Position numbers and translations under genes: made by a program
Assembly (NCBI GenBank): GCA_964016885.1
Contig: OZ024742.1
Coordinates: forward strand, 95,976,001 to 96,040,000
Length of the DNA: 64,000 nucleotides
Reading direction: 5' to 3'
Source: Eledone cirrhosa
Lineage: Eukaryota
Notes under the pieces: generated by a model
The model's database searches: none
Seen by the model: the letters and a program-made list of their open reading frames with translations, nothing else
What the model was told of the DNA's origin: nothing
In this document: piece by piece, positions 38,621-50,739 of the stretch
Layout: every line of letters begins with the position of its first letter
Numbering within the stretch: the stretch's first letter is position 1

Positions 38621-38769
38621 TATATATATACTAATAGATTTGTTTCAATATACAATAATATTGACTCACTGCACCATAACTGCTCAATATAAATTTGGTG
38701 CAAAATATATTTATACATATATACATATATATATTTCGGGTAGAAGCCAAAGCTGAAGCATATAGACAA

Positions 38770-38956
38770 TATGCCCCCAAACCCTCCCACTGTAAAGTGG
38801 TCATGTAGGCGCCACGGAAAAAAAAGCACCCAGCACTCACTGTAAATGAGGTTGGTGTTAGGAAGGGCATCCAGCTGTAGAAATCAAGCCAGAATCAGTT
38901 CCCATCCTACCCTTGCAAGAAGGGAAAATCGGACGTAAAATGATGATGATGATGAT
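38770..38956 (+). mobile_element. RTE-tail-related short retroelement
   Basis: GTTGGTGTTAGGAAGGGCATCCAGCTGTAGAAA...GGACGTAAAA(TGA)n. Confidence 0.75.
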
Positions 38957-40151
38957 TATATTAATAAATGAAAATTCTTTACTGGCTTTGATTGGTCATC
39001 TAGCAGACAACAAAACAAAAAATTGTTGCAAACCAAATACACACACACATACCTTTTACTCCCTTTCACTAAAATCTGCTCCTCACTACCCATACATACA
39101 TATATCCTACACATACTCACATACGTTTTTCCTTACACACATGTGCAGACAACATTAAACTTTAATGTTTTTTTCCTTCATTCAAATTTAAATTGAACAG
39201 CCACCCACAATATTTCTCAGGTTTCTCTCCAAGTTCCACCCCTACGGAATACCCCTGATAATGGATGATAAATCAGAAAATATATGGGATCATTAATATT
39301 GCTAAGGTAACTTTCTATCATTCTCACTCATTTATCTCAGTTCATTTGTTTGTTTTTTTCACAAATTCTTATTACCTTGGCACTTATATCTCTCACATAT
39401 TGTTGGGCTTCCAAATAACCAAACTTATTTCCTAGTTGTATTTGTATCTCATATATATATACAAGTGGAAGCTTAGTAAAATCGAAGCTTTGGCTGTGGC
39501 CAAGCAAAGTCAACCTTCAATTAGGAATGAGTAGCAAAGCACTCAATAAGGGTAGGTCCTCAGAGTAAAATAACATTACGTTAGATAGCTTGACAAATTG
39601 AAAATTGTGGCAGACAAAACACAACCATGCAATACCAAAACAACGAAAAAACTAATCAGGTTAGACAACAGACCTGGACAAATCGAACGATATTCTGCAA
39701 TACGTCCGATATGTTTCTATGAATCCGAAATCAGCAATCCAACTTACGTAACACGTAAGCTTGTGGTATACCATGATCGAACAGAGGATTCACTTCATTG
39801 ACAGGTATTTCGTTCTATGCCTCAAACCGGTGTGAACTGTAACTCAATGCAACCACTACAATAGATAGCCTTCAGTCATTTCATTGTCACATGTTATATA
39901 TATCATCATCCTTTAATGTCTGTTCTCACTGCTAATAAAGGTTGGATGGGTCTACATAGATCAATTCAGTATTGAAGCGGGGCTACAGAGCTCACAGTCT
40001 GGCTGGGAGGGGAGGTTCATCTACTTGCATATGGTCGTTTTGAATGCAGAGAAGTTGTGTCTTTTGTCACAACTGAAGGGTCCTTCCATCCCCTTGTTTG
40101 GCAAGCTTCCTAAGATTGGATGGCCTTCCTAACACCAACCACTTTCCAAAG

Positions 40152-40251
<100 letters not shown>

Positions 40252-40439
40252 AAGATAACATGTTATCTTTTCAATAATGTCACTTTGACGAATCAAAAAA
40301 GAAAAACAGACCATTAAATATATTTTCCGTGCTATTTCCAACTTCACCTTTTCTCTATATCCACTATTTTGTATAGAACCTTACTTCCCTTTTCTAATAT
40401 ATATATATATATATATATAAACAAACATACATATATCAA

Positions 40440-40802
40440 CGGAAGTGTACTGTTAATGTACATGAATGACAAAGCATAGGTGAACGAAGAGAAAACTGGG
40501 TATAAGAGGAACCAGTTGTAGTTTGCAACAGAAAGATTACACTCTTATAGACATGTGATGCTTGTGGATGATGATCACTGAGTGAAGATGTAACAAGAAA
40601 TCCCAGTTGCATGAAATTGCAGTAGAGAAAGATCAAGGAAGACCTGTGCTGATGTGGTGAGAATTGCTCTCAAATCACTAACGCTCACAGAAGAGTTGCC
40701 GAAAGAATGAAATGAGTGGAGGGTTGCGGTGCTGGAAAAGATCCGCCCAACCCCTCTGCAAGCAGGAAAAATTGGATGTAAAATGATGATGATGATGATG
40801 AT
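40440..40802 (+). mobile_element. Old RTE 3' fragment
   Basis: Homologous to 34445-34755 (opposite strand); (GAT)n tail followed by (TA)n. Confidence 0.75.
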
Positions 40803-41069
40803 ATATATGAAATTCAATATTCTTCTTTCATGTGTATCTCAAAGATATATATACTAATATTAGAAACAAATGAACAGTTAGAAAGTTTACAAAAAACAAA
40901 CAAAAAGATGAAACAGTTTTGGTATCATTTACTGGAATTAATATTGGTTATTGTCAAGAACTTTCTCATGTCTATAGTTTATTGGAAAGCTGTCAAATTC
41001 TCTACTATGCAGAAATAAGAAGCTGTGTATCATTCCTGTTGCACCAATTACAAACGAAATGATAGACAC

Positions 41070-41107
41070 ATGATGATGATGATTGTGATGATGATGATGA
41101 TGATGAA

Positions 41108-41149
<42 letters not shown>

Positions 41150-41150
41150 C
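41070..41150. repeat. (GAT)n microsatellite
   Basis: Directly visible. Confidence 0.95.
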
Positions 41151-41539
41151 ACATTTCATACATGCCCTAATGACTTTAGATTCAATCGTTAAGTTGATAT
41201 AATTCCTTTAACTTTGTCACTCGCTGCTAGAGTATGACATTTAATCATTGATATAGCCATACGAAATACTGTCCAAACTATAATTCCTGAGCTTCTCTGC
41301 TCACTTCTGCCTGACAACATAATCACTCAGTATTGCTTTTGTCAATTATTAATTATTAATCTAACAACTAATAGTCAGAGGTGTAATTGCTAAATGGATA
41401 AGCTATTGGATTCTTCTTCCTTAGCCTTTAAAATGGTCAGATTGGATACAATTGTAGATATTAAAATGAATGAGTTAGCAGAGCAAAGACACTTAAATTT
41501 AGAGAGCTTTCTAAAGCATTATCTACTAAACAAGAATTT

Positions 41540-42192
41540 ACCACCACTACTTCTACTGGTGCTGCTGCTATTATTACTACTACTGCTGCTGCTGCTATTA
41601 ATATTACTACTACTGCTGCTGCTACTATGACTATTACTGCCACTATTATTATGCATCCATCAACATTATTATATAGTAAGCTGTCAGACATATAATATTC
41701 TTAAAAGCTTAATAGTAAGCATGATGTGGCAGAAATGACCAAGAGGGCAAGCTATGTGGTGTAGATGACTTTAAACCTTTCTTACATCACCACTACTGTC
41801 ACCAACAGCTACACCATCACCATTACACATCACCACACCATAACCACCACACACCGCCATCATCACATACCAGATGCTACCATCTCACCTTCCCCGACTC
41901 ATCACAATTGGCACTATCACACACCACTACCATTACCAACAACATCGTTATCACACACCGTTAACAACACTAAAATCCCCATAAACACCAACACTACATA
42001 CAATCACTACCACTACCCTCATGAAACACCATTACTACCAACACTATCATTACTACACACCATCACCAACACTAACACCACTATTATCAACAAAACTATA
42101 CATAATCATAACCATTACCATCATTATACACCAGCACTATACCACAACCACTAGCATCACTCACCATTACCCCACCACCACCACCACACACT
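41540..42192. repeat. Degenerate trinucleotide tracts: (CTA/CTG)n at 41540-41650 and (CAC/CAT)n at 41780-42192
   Basis: Directly visible low complexity. Confidence 0.8.
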
Positions 42193-43229
42193 ACCTGAAA
42201 AGGGTCATGCGTACTGCTCTTGAGTCCTGAAAAAATAGTTTTTTATAAAAAACTATTAATGGTGTAATATCCTGTAAAGACACTGATAGTATCTTGCAGT
42301 ACTCTATAATTTAACCATACTTTAAATGTTATATGTTATGATCATCATTGTTCAACTGCAGTACCAGGCAGCCACAATCTTCCTCCACACATTACAGCTT
42401 TCATAATCAATTGAAGTATCGTGGTCAAGGAATTAGTTGTGGCTGTCAGTGGAATTTAATTCTCTTGATGGCATTTGAAATGTAAATGTAGAGGTTATTA
42501 AAGTGGAACTTGTGGATGGTTTGAAGATAGAAAGCATGAAAGCCTTTTGTTACCTAGGAGACATGTTGAATCGAGAAGATGGATCAAATTTGGTGACAGT
42601 AGCTAGAGTGTGTTATGCATGGAAAATGTTTTGGTAACTAATTAATCTGCAAATGAGGGCATGCAGTATTGTTGAAACTGAAGAAAAAATGCATGTTGCA
42701 TGATTTATGGGCACAAGACCTGAGTGATGAGCTTGGAGCAATAAGGAAATCTGGAATGAACAGAACTGAAAATAGCTCAGTGGATAAGTTGAGGATCACT
42801 CAGACAAAAAGGAAAATAAACAATGCAATGCCTAGTCTTTGCAGGTCTGAGAAAAGTACCAGGCTAGTGACTGGTTTGAATAAAGGTAGTCATACAGCAT
42901 CGTTCTTTGCAGGGCTTAACAAGGTTAGGTAGAGGGGCCTGTTAAAAAAATATTTTGCAGTCTCCATCTCAGGCTGTTAAAACTGCCGATGGGTCTGCAA
43001 TATGTCTTTGGGTGTGATGTAGGATAAACACACAAAAATTGCATCTTGCAAGACTCTAAAAGCGGTTTGAAAGGGAGTGAACTTTAAACATTGGAAACTT
43101 AGGCAATGTCCAAATTTCTTCCATCAATAGCACTGCCAGAATCTTATGTGATATATTGGGCCTTTGAGATCAGGAACTGATCTGAGGCCAATTAACATGC
43201 TTCACCTAGCAACCATCTCCTAGAGAAAC

Positions 43230-44222
43230 CTTACACTCCTCTAGTGACCATGCACTATTGACTTGTGGAATTATGTCAAACAGCTGTTGTCAGATGTAGG
43301 GCAGATCTGGTTATTGATCGAGTCCATAGTGAAGATCACCCCACTGCATTCTTTTGGGCAGGAAGGGCAGGCACTTTTCCTGTATGATGGTCATAGCGAA
43401 AGACGTTATATGGTGGACCAGGTTGAAAGTACTGAAAACAGACACTTTTCTCTTTGGCCAATCCCTCATCAACTTTTGGGAGCCCTCGAAGCATCGGGTG
43501 GTTCAGGATTGGTGGAGTACCTGAGTCGCCCTGGGTGGTTCATCCCACTATTGGGGAATTTATTTTGTTATATTTCTATTAATTGCTTTTGTTAATTTGT
43601 TTCTACTCAATTTTATTGTAAACCCCCACTGTCCCTGTTTCTTTGTATTGTCCCCTATATGTAGGCTCTAGTAGCCAATAAAGAAATTATTATTGTCATT
43701 ATTATTGGCAGGCAGTTTTTATCTGCCTGGTGACCATGGTGAAAGTGGTCGTATGGTGGACGCATCTGAAAGCATTGAAGACAGGAACTTCCCCTTCGGC
43801 AACACTCTCATTAACTTTTTCAGGTTTCACCTGAAAAGGAAAATCAGGGTGGAGAAGGAAGGGCTGCTTCCCAGCCAATTTGTTGAAAGGTAGGTGAGAG
43901 AGGCAAGAATGGCCCATGTGAATGGGCCTGCCCTGAGCAGCATGTGCCTGTAGTATTGAGGGAGGACATCTGGGAGAGGGCACTTACCCTAGAGGTCAGG
44001 GAGACTGTGGCTTTTGTGGATTTTGTCCACAAGTAACCCTTAGAGTCTACCTACCTTAGGGGAATTTATTATGTTTGCTTTTTAAAATGTTTATTTTCTT
44101 AATCTCTGTTACACATGTTATTTCACACAAAAAACCCACACTGTATTGTCCTGTACTGTCTTTAATGTCTCGTTAATGTGAGCCCTGTGTGGCTAATAAA
44201 GAAAGCATTATTATTATTATTA
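43230..44222 (+). mobile_element. Two tandem 3' fragments of a Tx1/L1-like LINE, each ending AATAAA-GAAA-(TTA)n
   Basis: LWNYVKQLL...GQALFL..MVIAKDVIWWTRLK..SLINF and AVFICLVTMVKVVVWWT.LK..TLINFFRFHLKRKIRVE resemble Tx1/L1 ORF2 C-termini. Tails at about 43675-43705 and 44192-44225. Confidence 0.55.
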
Positions 44223-45454
44223 TTACAAAGAAGGATTGAAATAAAATTAACTAGGTTTCTGACACATTAACAAATATATAGGACATATCTCTCATTGAAA
44301 AAGCTATAAAAAAAATATGTTGCTTTTTAAATTAACAACAACAACCCTGGTTTAACTTCAAAAATATTGCCAAACAGATAGTTGATAATGGTAAAGGATA
44401 TGTTATCAACAAGTCGTTAAATAAAATACTTTATATGAATGTTACTTTTATGTTTGTCCTTCTTTTGGTTTTTTTCATCAGTGGGGCAAAAAAAAATGAA
44501 AAGTAAAAAAAGAAATATAAATTTGAACCCGTTCAATGTTATTGGAAAGACAGAGAAGGTATTTATAATTCTCTTTGATTTTTTTGAAGACAGGATGTCA
44601 AATAGCGCTTTGGGGATTTTTGAAGAATATTCAATGAAGGTTTGGTAAGTAGCATTCTTTCAAAAGAATTCTTTGAAGTTTGTATAGTTTAGCTTAGTGT
44701 TTCTTTATTTGATACATCATCCCCTGTGATAGAGAAATTGTTTAGTTCCCAGTGTAAACCCCCTTTCTGAAAAAACATTAGTTTTCAAATATTATCTTTT
44801 GAAATATCTCTAAAGATATATTATCTGCATAATCATGATGACAGCATCAACAACAAATACGCTAATATTAGTAGCAGTATAAATAATAAAAATAATAATA
44901 GTGATAATAATAAATCTGATATAAATGATAACTACCCGAAATATATGGTAAGAGAAATTGATTAAAATACGAAGCTTTGATTGCAGTATGAAAAGCTCAA
45001 AGATGAATTCAGCTATCTAAAATATTCTTCTGAGATCATTTGCAAAGATCTGATTTTCTTTGAGTTGCAAGGACATAACAGTTAATTTTTTGCCATCAGT
45101 GAGCTTTTTCAACATTATGGGCTTTCTACATTATAAGATCATTATGGCATACATCATCACAGGGCTTTACATGGTGTTAGTATGACAAATGCTACCCAAT
45201 TGCTTTTTCTATACATGAAACATTAAAATGTTTCTATATGTAACATCATGGAAATGCAGGTCATAAATGTACACTTGTGCATCTAGAAATACACACATTC
45301 TCTCTATCAAATGCATTTCTATACATATCTACATATTAAAATCTATTTGCATCTGTATTATATATATATGTATATATATATAATAACGATGTAAATAGAT
45401 TTTATATGTAGATACATATAGAAATGCATTTGATAGAGAGAATGTGTGTGTGTG

Positions 45455-45456
<2 letters not shown>

Positions 45457-45516
<60 letters not shown>
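45457..45516. repeat. (TA)n microsatellite
   Basis: Directly visible. Confidence 0.95.
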
Positions 45517-45520
<4 letters not shown>

Positions 45521-45603
45521 ACCAATAGTTCGAATCAGTTACAGTCTTTGAATTTCTTATTCTGGATACTCAAAGTAGATCCATGGTGAATATTTAGATT
45601 TCA

Positions 45604-46914
45604 ATGGATATATATATATATATATTCATTGTACGACAACTACAGGAGAAGTACCTAGCTAAAGGTAAACCCCTCTACTTAGCTTTTGTCGACTTTGAGA
45701 AAGCCTTCGACAGAGTCCCCCGCTCCATTCTCTGGTGGGCTCTTAGAAAACTAGGCGTTGACGAATGGCTTGTGAGGGCTATACAAGCTATGTATAATGA
45801 AACAGTCAGCAAGGTTAGAATTAACAACGAATATAGTGAAGAGTTTAGCGTAAAAGTTGGCGTCCATCAGGGCTCTATTCTCAGCCCCCTACTATTTATT
45901 ATTGCCCTTCAGGCTATAACAGAGGAGTTCAAGACCGGCTGCCCATGGGAACTCCTATACGCAGACGACCTGACACTCATAGCGGAATCAATGGCCGAGC
46001 TAGAGAAGAAATTCCAAACATGGAAGCCCGGCCTAGAGTCAAAAGTACTTAAAATTAACCTGGCTAAGACTAAAGTTCTAGTTTGTAGGAAACAAAACAA
46101 GGCGGCGGTCCCTTCTGGGAAATGGTCGTGCTCGGTGTGTAGGAAAGGCGTAGGTAGAAACTCCATTTTATGTCCTAAATGCAAAGTATGGGTGCATAAA
46201 AGATGTAGTGGGATCACAGGTAAGCTAACTAAGAACATAGATTTTACATGTGGCCGGTGCTCTGGTGCAATAAGTAGCAGCAAGTGTCCACAAAATACTA
46301 GCTCTTTCAATTGCGCAGAGGGTTCTATAGAAATAGTGGACAGCTTCCGTTACCTGGGCGATAAAATCAGCAGTGGGGGAGGGTGCTCTGAAAGTACAGT
46401 AGCTAGAGTCAGAACTGGTTGGAAAAAGTTCAGAGAGCTTATACCACTATTAGCTGCTAAAGGGTTCTCCCTAAAAATGAAAGGCAGGTTGTACGATGCC
46501 TGCATACGAACAGCAATGTTGCATGGCAGTGAGACCTGGGCATTGTGTGCAGAGGATATACGCAGACTAGAGAGGAACGAAGCTTGCATGCTCCGCTGGA
46601 TGTGTAACAGTAATATACGTGAACGGCAAAGCATAAACGAACTAAGGAAAAAATTAGAGATAAGAGGGATCAGATGTTGTTTACTCGAGAGAAGGCTACG
46701 TTGGTATGGACACGTGATGCGCATGAAAGTCGATAGCTGTATAACAAAGTGCAGGGCAATAAAGATAGACGGTAGCCACGGAATAGGCAGACCTAGAAAA
46801 ACCTGGGACGAGCTGATAAACTCCGACCTCACACACTTACACCTCTCCAAGACAATGTCACTGGACCGAGACCTTTGGCGGTACTCAGTAACAGAGAAGA
46901 CCCGCCTTACCTAA
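45604..46914 (+). CDS. RTE ORF2 C-terminal half: reverse transcriptase with embedded PHD-type finger (ATG comes from the flank)
   Basis: FVDFEKAFDRV, GVHQGSILSPLLF, LYADD (45958), KINLAKTK, C4HC3 finger, EIVDSFRYLG, HGSETW, RRLRWYGHV, GRPRKTW. Confidence 0.9.
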   Translation: MDIYIYIFIVRQLQEKYLAKGKPLYLAFVDFEKAFDRVPRSILWWALRKLGVDEWLVRAIQAMYNETVSKVRINNEYSEEFSVKVGVHQGSILSPLLFIIALQAITEEFKTGCPWELLYADDLTLIAESMAELEKKFQTWKPGLESKVLKINLAKTKVLVCRKQNKAAVPSGKWSCSVCRKGVGRNSILCPKCKVWVHKRCSGITGKLTKNIDFTCGRCSGAISSSKCPQNTSSFNCAEGSIEIVDSFRYLGDKISSGGGCSESTVARVRTGWKKFRELIPLLAAKGFSLKMKGRLYDACIRTAMLHGSETWALCAEDIRRLERNEACMLRWMCNSNIRERQSINELRKKLEIRGIRCCLLERRLRWYGHVMRMKVDSCITKCRAIKIDGSHGIGRPRKTWDELINSDLTHLHLSKTMSLDRDLWRYSVTEKTRLT

Positions 46915-47311
46915 ATACATAGTAAAACCTACTACAGCCAGTAGGCATCTCTAACAAAATACACCCCGTCCCACCACCACCACCCCCACCCCATCCACAC
47001 CACCCCGTTCTATGTAAAGTTATGTTGGTGCCGCGCCATCAGGGCCAAAACAAATGAGATCGTGTAGGTGTCACGACAAAAAAACACACAGTCCACGCTG
47101 TAATGTGGCTGTGTAGGCAACACGGTAAAAACCTCCCAGACCCACACTGTAAATGTGGTTGGTGTTAGGAAGGGCATCCAACTGTAGAAAACCTGCCAGA
47201 CAGTCCTATGCGAGCAAGACAATCAATCTTGCCTCAAGTGGGACTACCCCCGTCCAAACCTATGCAAGCGTGGAACACGAACGTTAAACGTTGATGATGA
47301 TGATGATGATG
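45625..47311 (+). mobile_element. Young 5'-truncated RTE LINE inserted in (TA)n
   Basis: Uninterrupted RT frame, about 400-bp 3' UTR ending CGTTAAACGTT(GAT)n; (TA)n on both sides. Confidence 0.95.
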
Positions 47312-47729
47312 ATATATATATGGAAAAGAATGAAACGAGATTTCATTTCTCACTGTTAGTACGACTGATACCTAAATATAATTATGTATACATACATACA
47401 TATATATGTACAGACGTACAGTAATATGTATATATATATATACATACATGCACACATATATATGTACGTATGGGTTTACCAAACATTTATTATAATGTTC
47501 GGTTTGTTTGTAAACAGACAGCCCGAATTACGCCGTACAGTGTTCGGCAACCATCGTCGCCTTTTTTGTTCAACAATGACACAGGAACGATGTACTAGTT
47601 TCAAGCTTATTAGTTATCATCAGCATCGTATACCTTCCTGTCAGATGATTGAACGTTTGAAAGTATATACTTTCCTTATGCATATTAACAGCTGAGCATC
47701 CTTATTTGCATATCGAGTGAGTTAGTTGG

Positions 47730-47972
47730 CCGGGGCGCTGGTCTCACCTGGGGATACAACTGGACTAATTGCTGATAGATGCTACTTCTGACAGGTCCCA
47801 CTAGAAGGAGTGTTTGAGGACTCTGCTCCCACGACCCTCTGAGGAGTAAGTGGGTGAAGAAAAAAAAGACGAAAAAGAATAAAAGAAGAAAAAGGATAAA
47901 AGAATAAATAAAATAAGAAAAAAGAAAAAGAAAGAGAAAAAGAAAAAGAAGAAAAAAGGAAGAAGAAGAAGT
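47730..47972 (+). mobile_element. Possible SINE/LINE 3' end with a purine-rich (GAA/AAAG)n tail
   Basis: GC-richer body ending CCCACGACCCTCTGAGGAGTAAGTGGGTG, then an A/G-rich tail. Single copy in the window. Confidence 0.4.
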
Positions 47973-48089
47973 ATATAAGCACAGTAGTATCATTGTAACT
48001 GTTAGAAAGGCAAAAATGATGCCTTTGAGATAGGAAACTAAAGAAGGATGAAGTTGGTATATCATGTCATGAAAGTTACTGAAAGGGTT

Positions 48090-48800
48090 ATAGCACAACT
48101 AATCCTGGATAAAATCAGACAAGGTGCAGTTTAGTTTTATATGTGGTAAGGATACTACCAATGCTCTCTTCTTTGTGAGACAAGTGCTGTAGAACAACAT
48201 CACAAAGAGTAAATCACTGTACTTAGCATCTTATGGATCTGAAGATGGCACTTGACAGCGATCCCCATGCTGTTATTTATTGGACACTTACGAGATTAGG
48301 AGATACAAATGTCTTGTTAGTTTCAGTCAGGCCATGAATAAAGACTGAACTAGTAAAGTGAGGGTTAGCAATGAATGCAGTGATGTATGAGGAAACTAGG
48401 TGCAGGTTCACAGGATATCAGTTCATCATGCCCTCTTATTTTTTATTGTACTCCATACCATAGCAGAGACATTTAACACATTAGCATTTAAACCGGCTGT
48501 ATCTGGCCAGAATTCTTTCACCTCTTTCTCTTCAAACCACCCATAACTGGCTACTCATACAGATGTTAAGGTATTATTCTCAAAATAAATAATATCAAAA
48601 TCTCATAGATTCGATATTATGTGAGATAATTATGTCAGATAAAGCCTTTACCATGAAAATACAATAGTATATATTGAGTAACGTAAATGCTAAAAGGTTA
48701 AGGCAGGCTATCCATGTCAATTCCTTATAACTGAATCTATAGAAGATTTAGAAACAAAATTCGATTCATGAACAAAGAACTTAACAATGACTAAAATAGT
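48090..48800 (+). mobile_element. Old RTE RT fragment split by a TTAA MITE
   Basis: Decayed sequence collinear with 36730-37210; continuity is restored when 48477-48701 is removed. Confidence 0.7.
48477..48697. mobile_element. piggyBac-like MITE (second family)
   Basis: TTAA TSDs at 48473-48476 and 48698-48701. TIRs CACATTAGCATTTA / TAAATGCTAAAAGG. Confidence 0.8.
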
Positions 48801-48999
48801 TTGATTTGTAACCCTCTTCTAACTCGCTCGACCTGTGTCTAAACTAAAAACCATATTAATATCTTTTTATATTTTCCTCTCTATCTCATCAATCCCACAA
48901 TCTTGCTACTTGATACCTAACATGTTCTTCAAAAGCTAATAATTTTGTATTATGTGTAAAAGTATTGTGCCAAGATTGATGTTCATATAGTAATAGTTA

Positions 49000-49440
49000 T
49001 CTTACTAGGGAGGTATATAATTTTTACTTTGGTGTCTATCGAGAGACAACTGGACTGAGACATAAAATTTAAGCATATCCCTTGCTTGTTCTCTGTTTTT
49101 AATTCCTTTCCTAAACTCCAAAACAATTGGGTTGTTACTTGTAATTATAATTTCTTGAAGCCATCAGTGGACTTTATTATGTCCTGTATACTACAATTGG
49201 ATGGATTCACATGATATGTATTCATCATCACTGACTTTGAACAGTTAATAATTAGATCACCCTTGCTTCTCTTTTATTATTAAACTATCCAATATTAGAT
49301 ATATTTCTTCTATTGTTCTTATAATCATCAGCAGGTTGCCTGCATAATCTAGATAATCTACTACCTTATTATCCATCCACTTTATTGCTGAAGCACTTCT
49401 TTGAAGAACTTTCTCTGCCACAAAATCGATCACTAACAAT
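49000..49440 (-). pseudogene. Ancient RTE-like RT remnant
   Basis: LVIDFV...IKW...YLDYAGNL.. resembles the (I/L)VIDW...GIKW...DLDYADD region. Confidence 0.5.
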
Positions 49441-49683
49441 ACACACTAAAATATACAGAAAGAGGTTTTTTATGTACAAGTGTACATAGAATTTACAGAT
49501 ATTAACTCAATGAGCAGTCTATAAATTTGGTGCAAGGTTTTATCTTCCGAAGAAACAAGTGACTTTGACTTAAAAATTACAAAGATGCTGTCTCTACAGA
49601 CTGCCATACCCCCCCCCCACACACACACACACTCGTCATCATCATCATTGGCATGTTGGATGGGTTATCATTATCCAAGACTA

Positions 49684-50062
49684 TACACTTTGTAAGTGGT
49701 AGTGCTGGTACCAAGATAAAGTGTATTCTGTAACATGGTTGACATTAGGAAGGGCATTCAGTTATAGAAATCATGCTAAAAAGGGAATATATGATAAGAT
49801 GTGTCTCTTTCTGGCATGGTTTCTATGGCTGAATGCTCTTCCTAATCTCAACCATGTTACAGAATACACTTGATCCTGGTACCAGCACTGCCACTTACAA
49901 AGTGTACTGGGTGAACGTTAACATGGCACCAACACTGTCACGTTACAAAGTGTACTAGGTGCATTTTATCTTAGCACAAACACTACCACTTACAGAATGT
50001 GCTGGGAGACATTAACATGGCATCAGCATCACCACATTACAGAGTGTATTGGGTGCATTTTA
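49684..50062. repeat. Inverted repeat (49684-49777 / 49812-49906) running into a 47-48-bp tandem repeat
   Basis: Arms derive from the AGGAAGGGCAT tail motif. TTACA anchors at 49895, 49943, 49990, 50037. Confidence 0.85.
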
Positions 50063-50369
50063 GCACTTGAGAAGTCATTGTGACCTTACCAGTATAGAAT
50101 GAAGCAGTAAGGGAGTGAGTAGGATTTGGAGAGTATGACAGATAAGGCTCTGTAGAGTGGGGAAATGAATGAATTAGTAGGAAACACATATGTGTATGTA
50201 TGAATGTATGTATGTTTGTAAGTATGATTGTATGTATTTATGCATGTATTTATGTGCATATTCTATTCTCTCCTAAGATCTCTTGAAATCAGAAGGCAAG
50301 TTTGATTGCAAGGACTCTGAGATAAGCTGTTGTTTTGTTTATTCTAACCTCCTTTATTCTGGTCAAACA

Positions 50370-50700
50370 CAAAGACATAGGTGATTCACTGGCATTTAGG
50401 CAAACTAAATAATTTACCTCATTCTGAGGAGTGGAATGAGCACAAGCCAGAGACAATGATAGAAAATGATCGATTGAGGATGCTATGGGCTTTCATGATA
50501 CAGACAGACAAGAAATTAGAACACAACAGGCCTGACCTGGTGGTTTTTTACAAGAAAAAAAGATCATGCCTGATTTTAGATGTAGCCTATCCCCCTTGAC
50601 ACAAGAGTGCAAGAAAAGGAGAAGGAGAAAATTAACTGATACCAGGATTTGAAGTAGGAATTAAAAATGATTTGGGACTACCATGAGATCATGGTTTCTG
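50370..50700 (+). mobile_element. R4/Dong-clade restriction-like endonuclease fragment
   Basis: IHWHL...WNEHKPETMIEND...IQTDKKLEHNRPDLVV..KKKRSCLILDVAYP (RPD...D catalytic pattern). Confidence 0.8.
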
Positions 50701-50739
50701 ATTTTAATAATCTGAAAAATATGGGCCTCCAAATTCACC

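Noticed and set aside
40938-42230. Poly-His, poly-Leu and Thr/His-rich ORFs
   Set aside because: Trinucleotide microsatellites; no domain or splice support.
44988-45086. Possible plus-strand terminal exon YEKLKDEFSYLK..QGHNS*
   Set aside because: Weak acceptor, short frame, no recognisable protein family.
45604-45624. Native start codon or domesticated RT gene
   Set aside because: The ATG and IYIYI codons come from the flanking (TA)n; the element is 5'-truncated within the RT and lacks the endonuclease.
45909-46850. Antisense ORFs over the RTE (also 17062-17680, 56042-58669, 59448-59858)
   Set aside because: Shadow frames of LINE coding sequence with no independent motifs.
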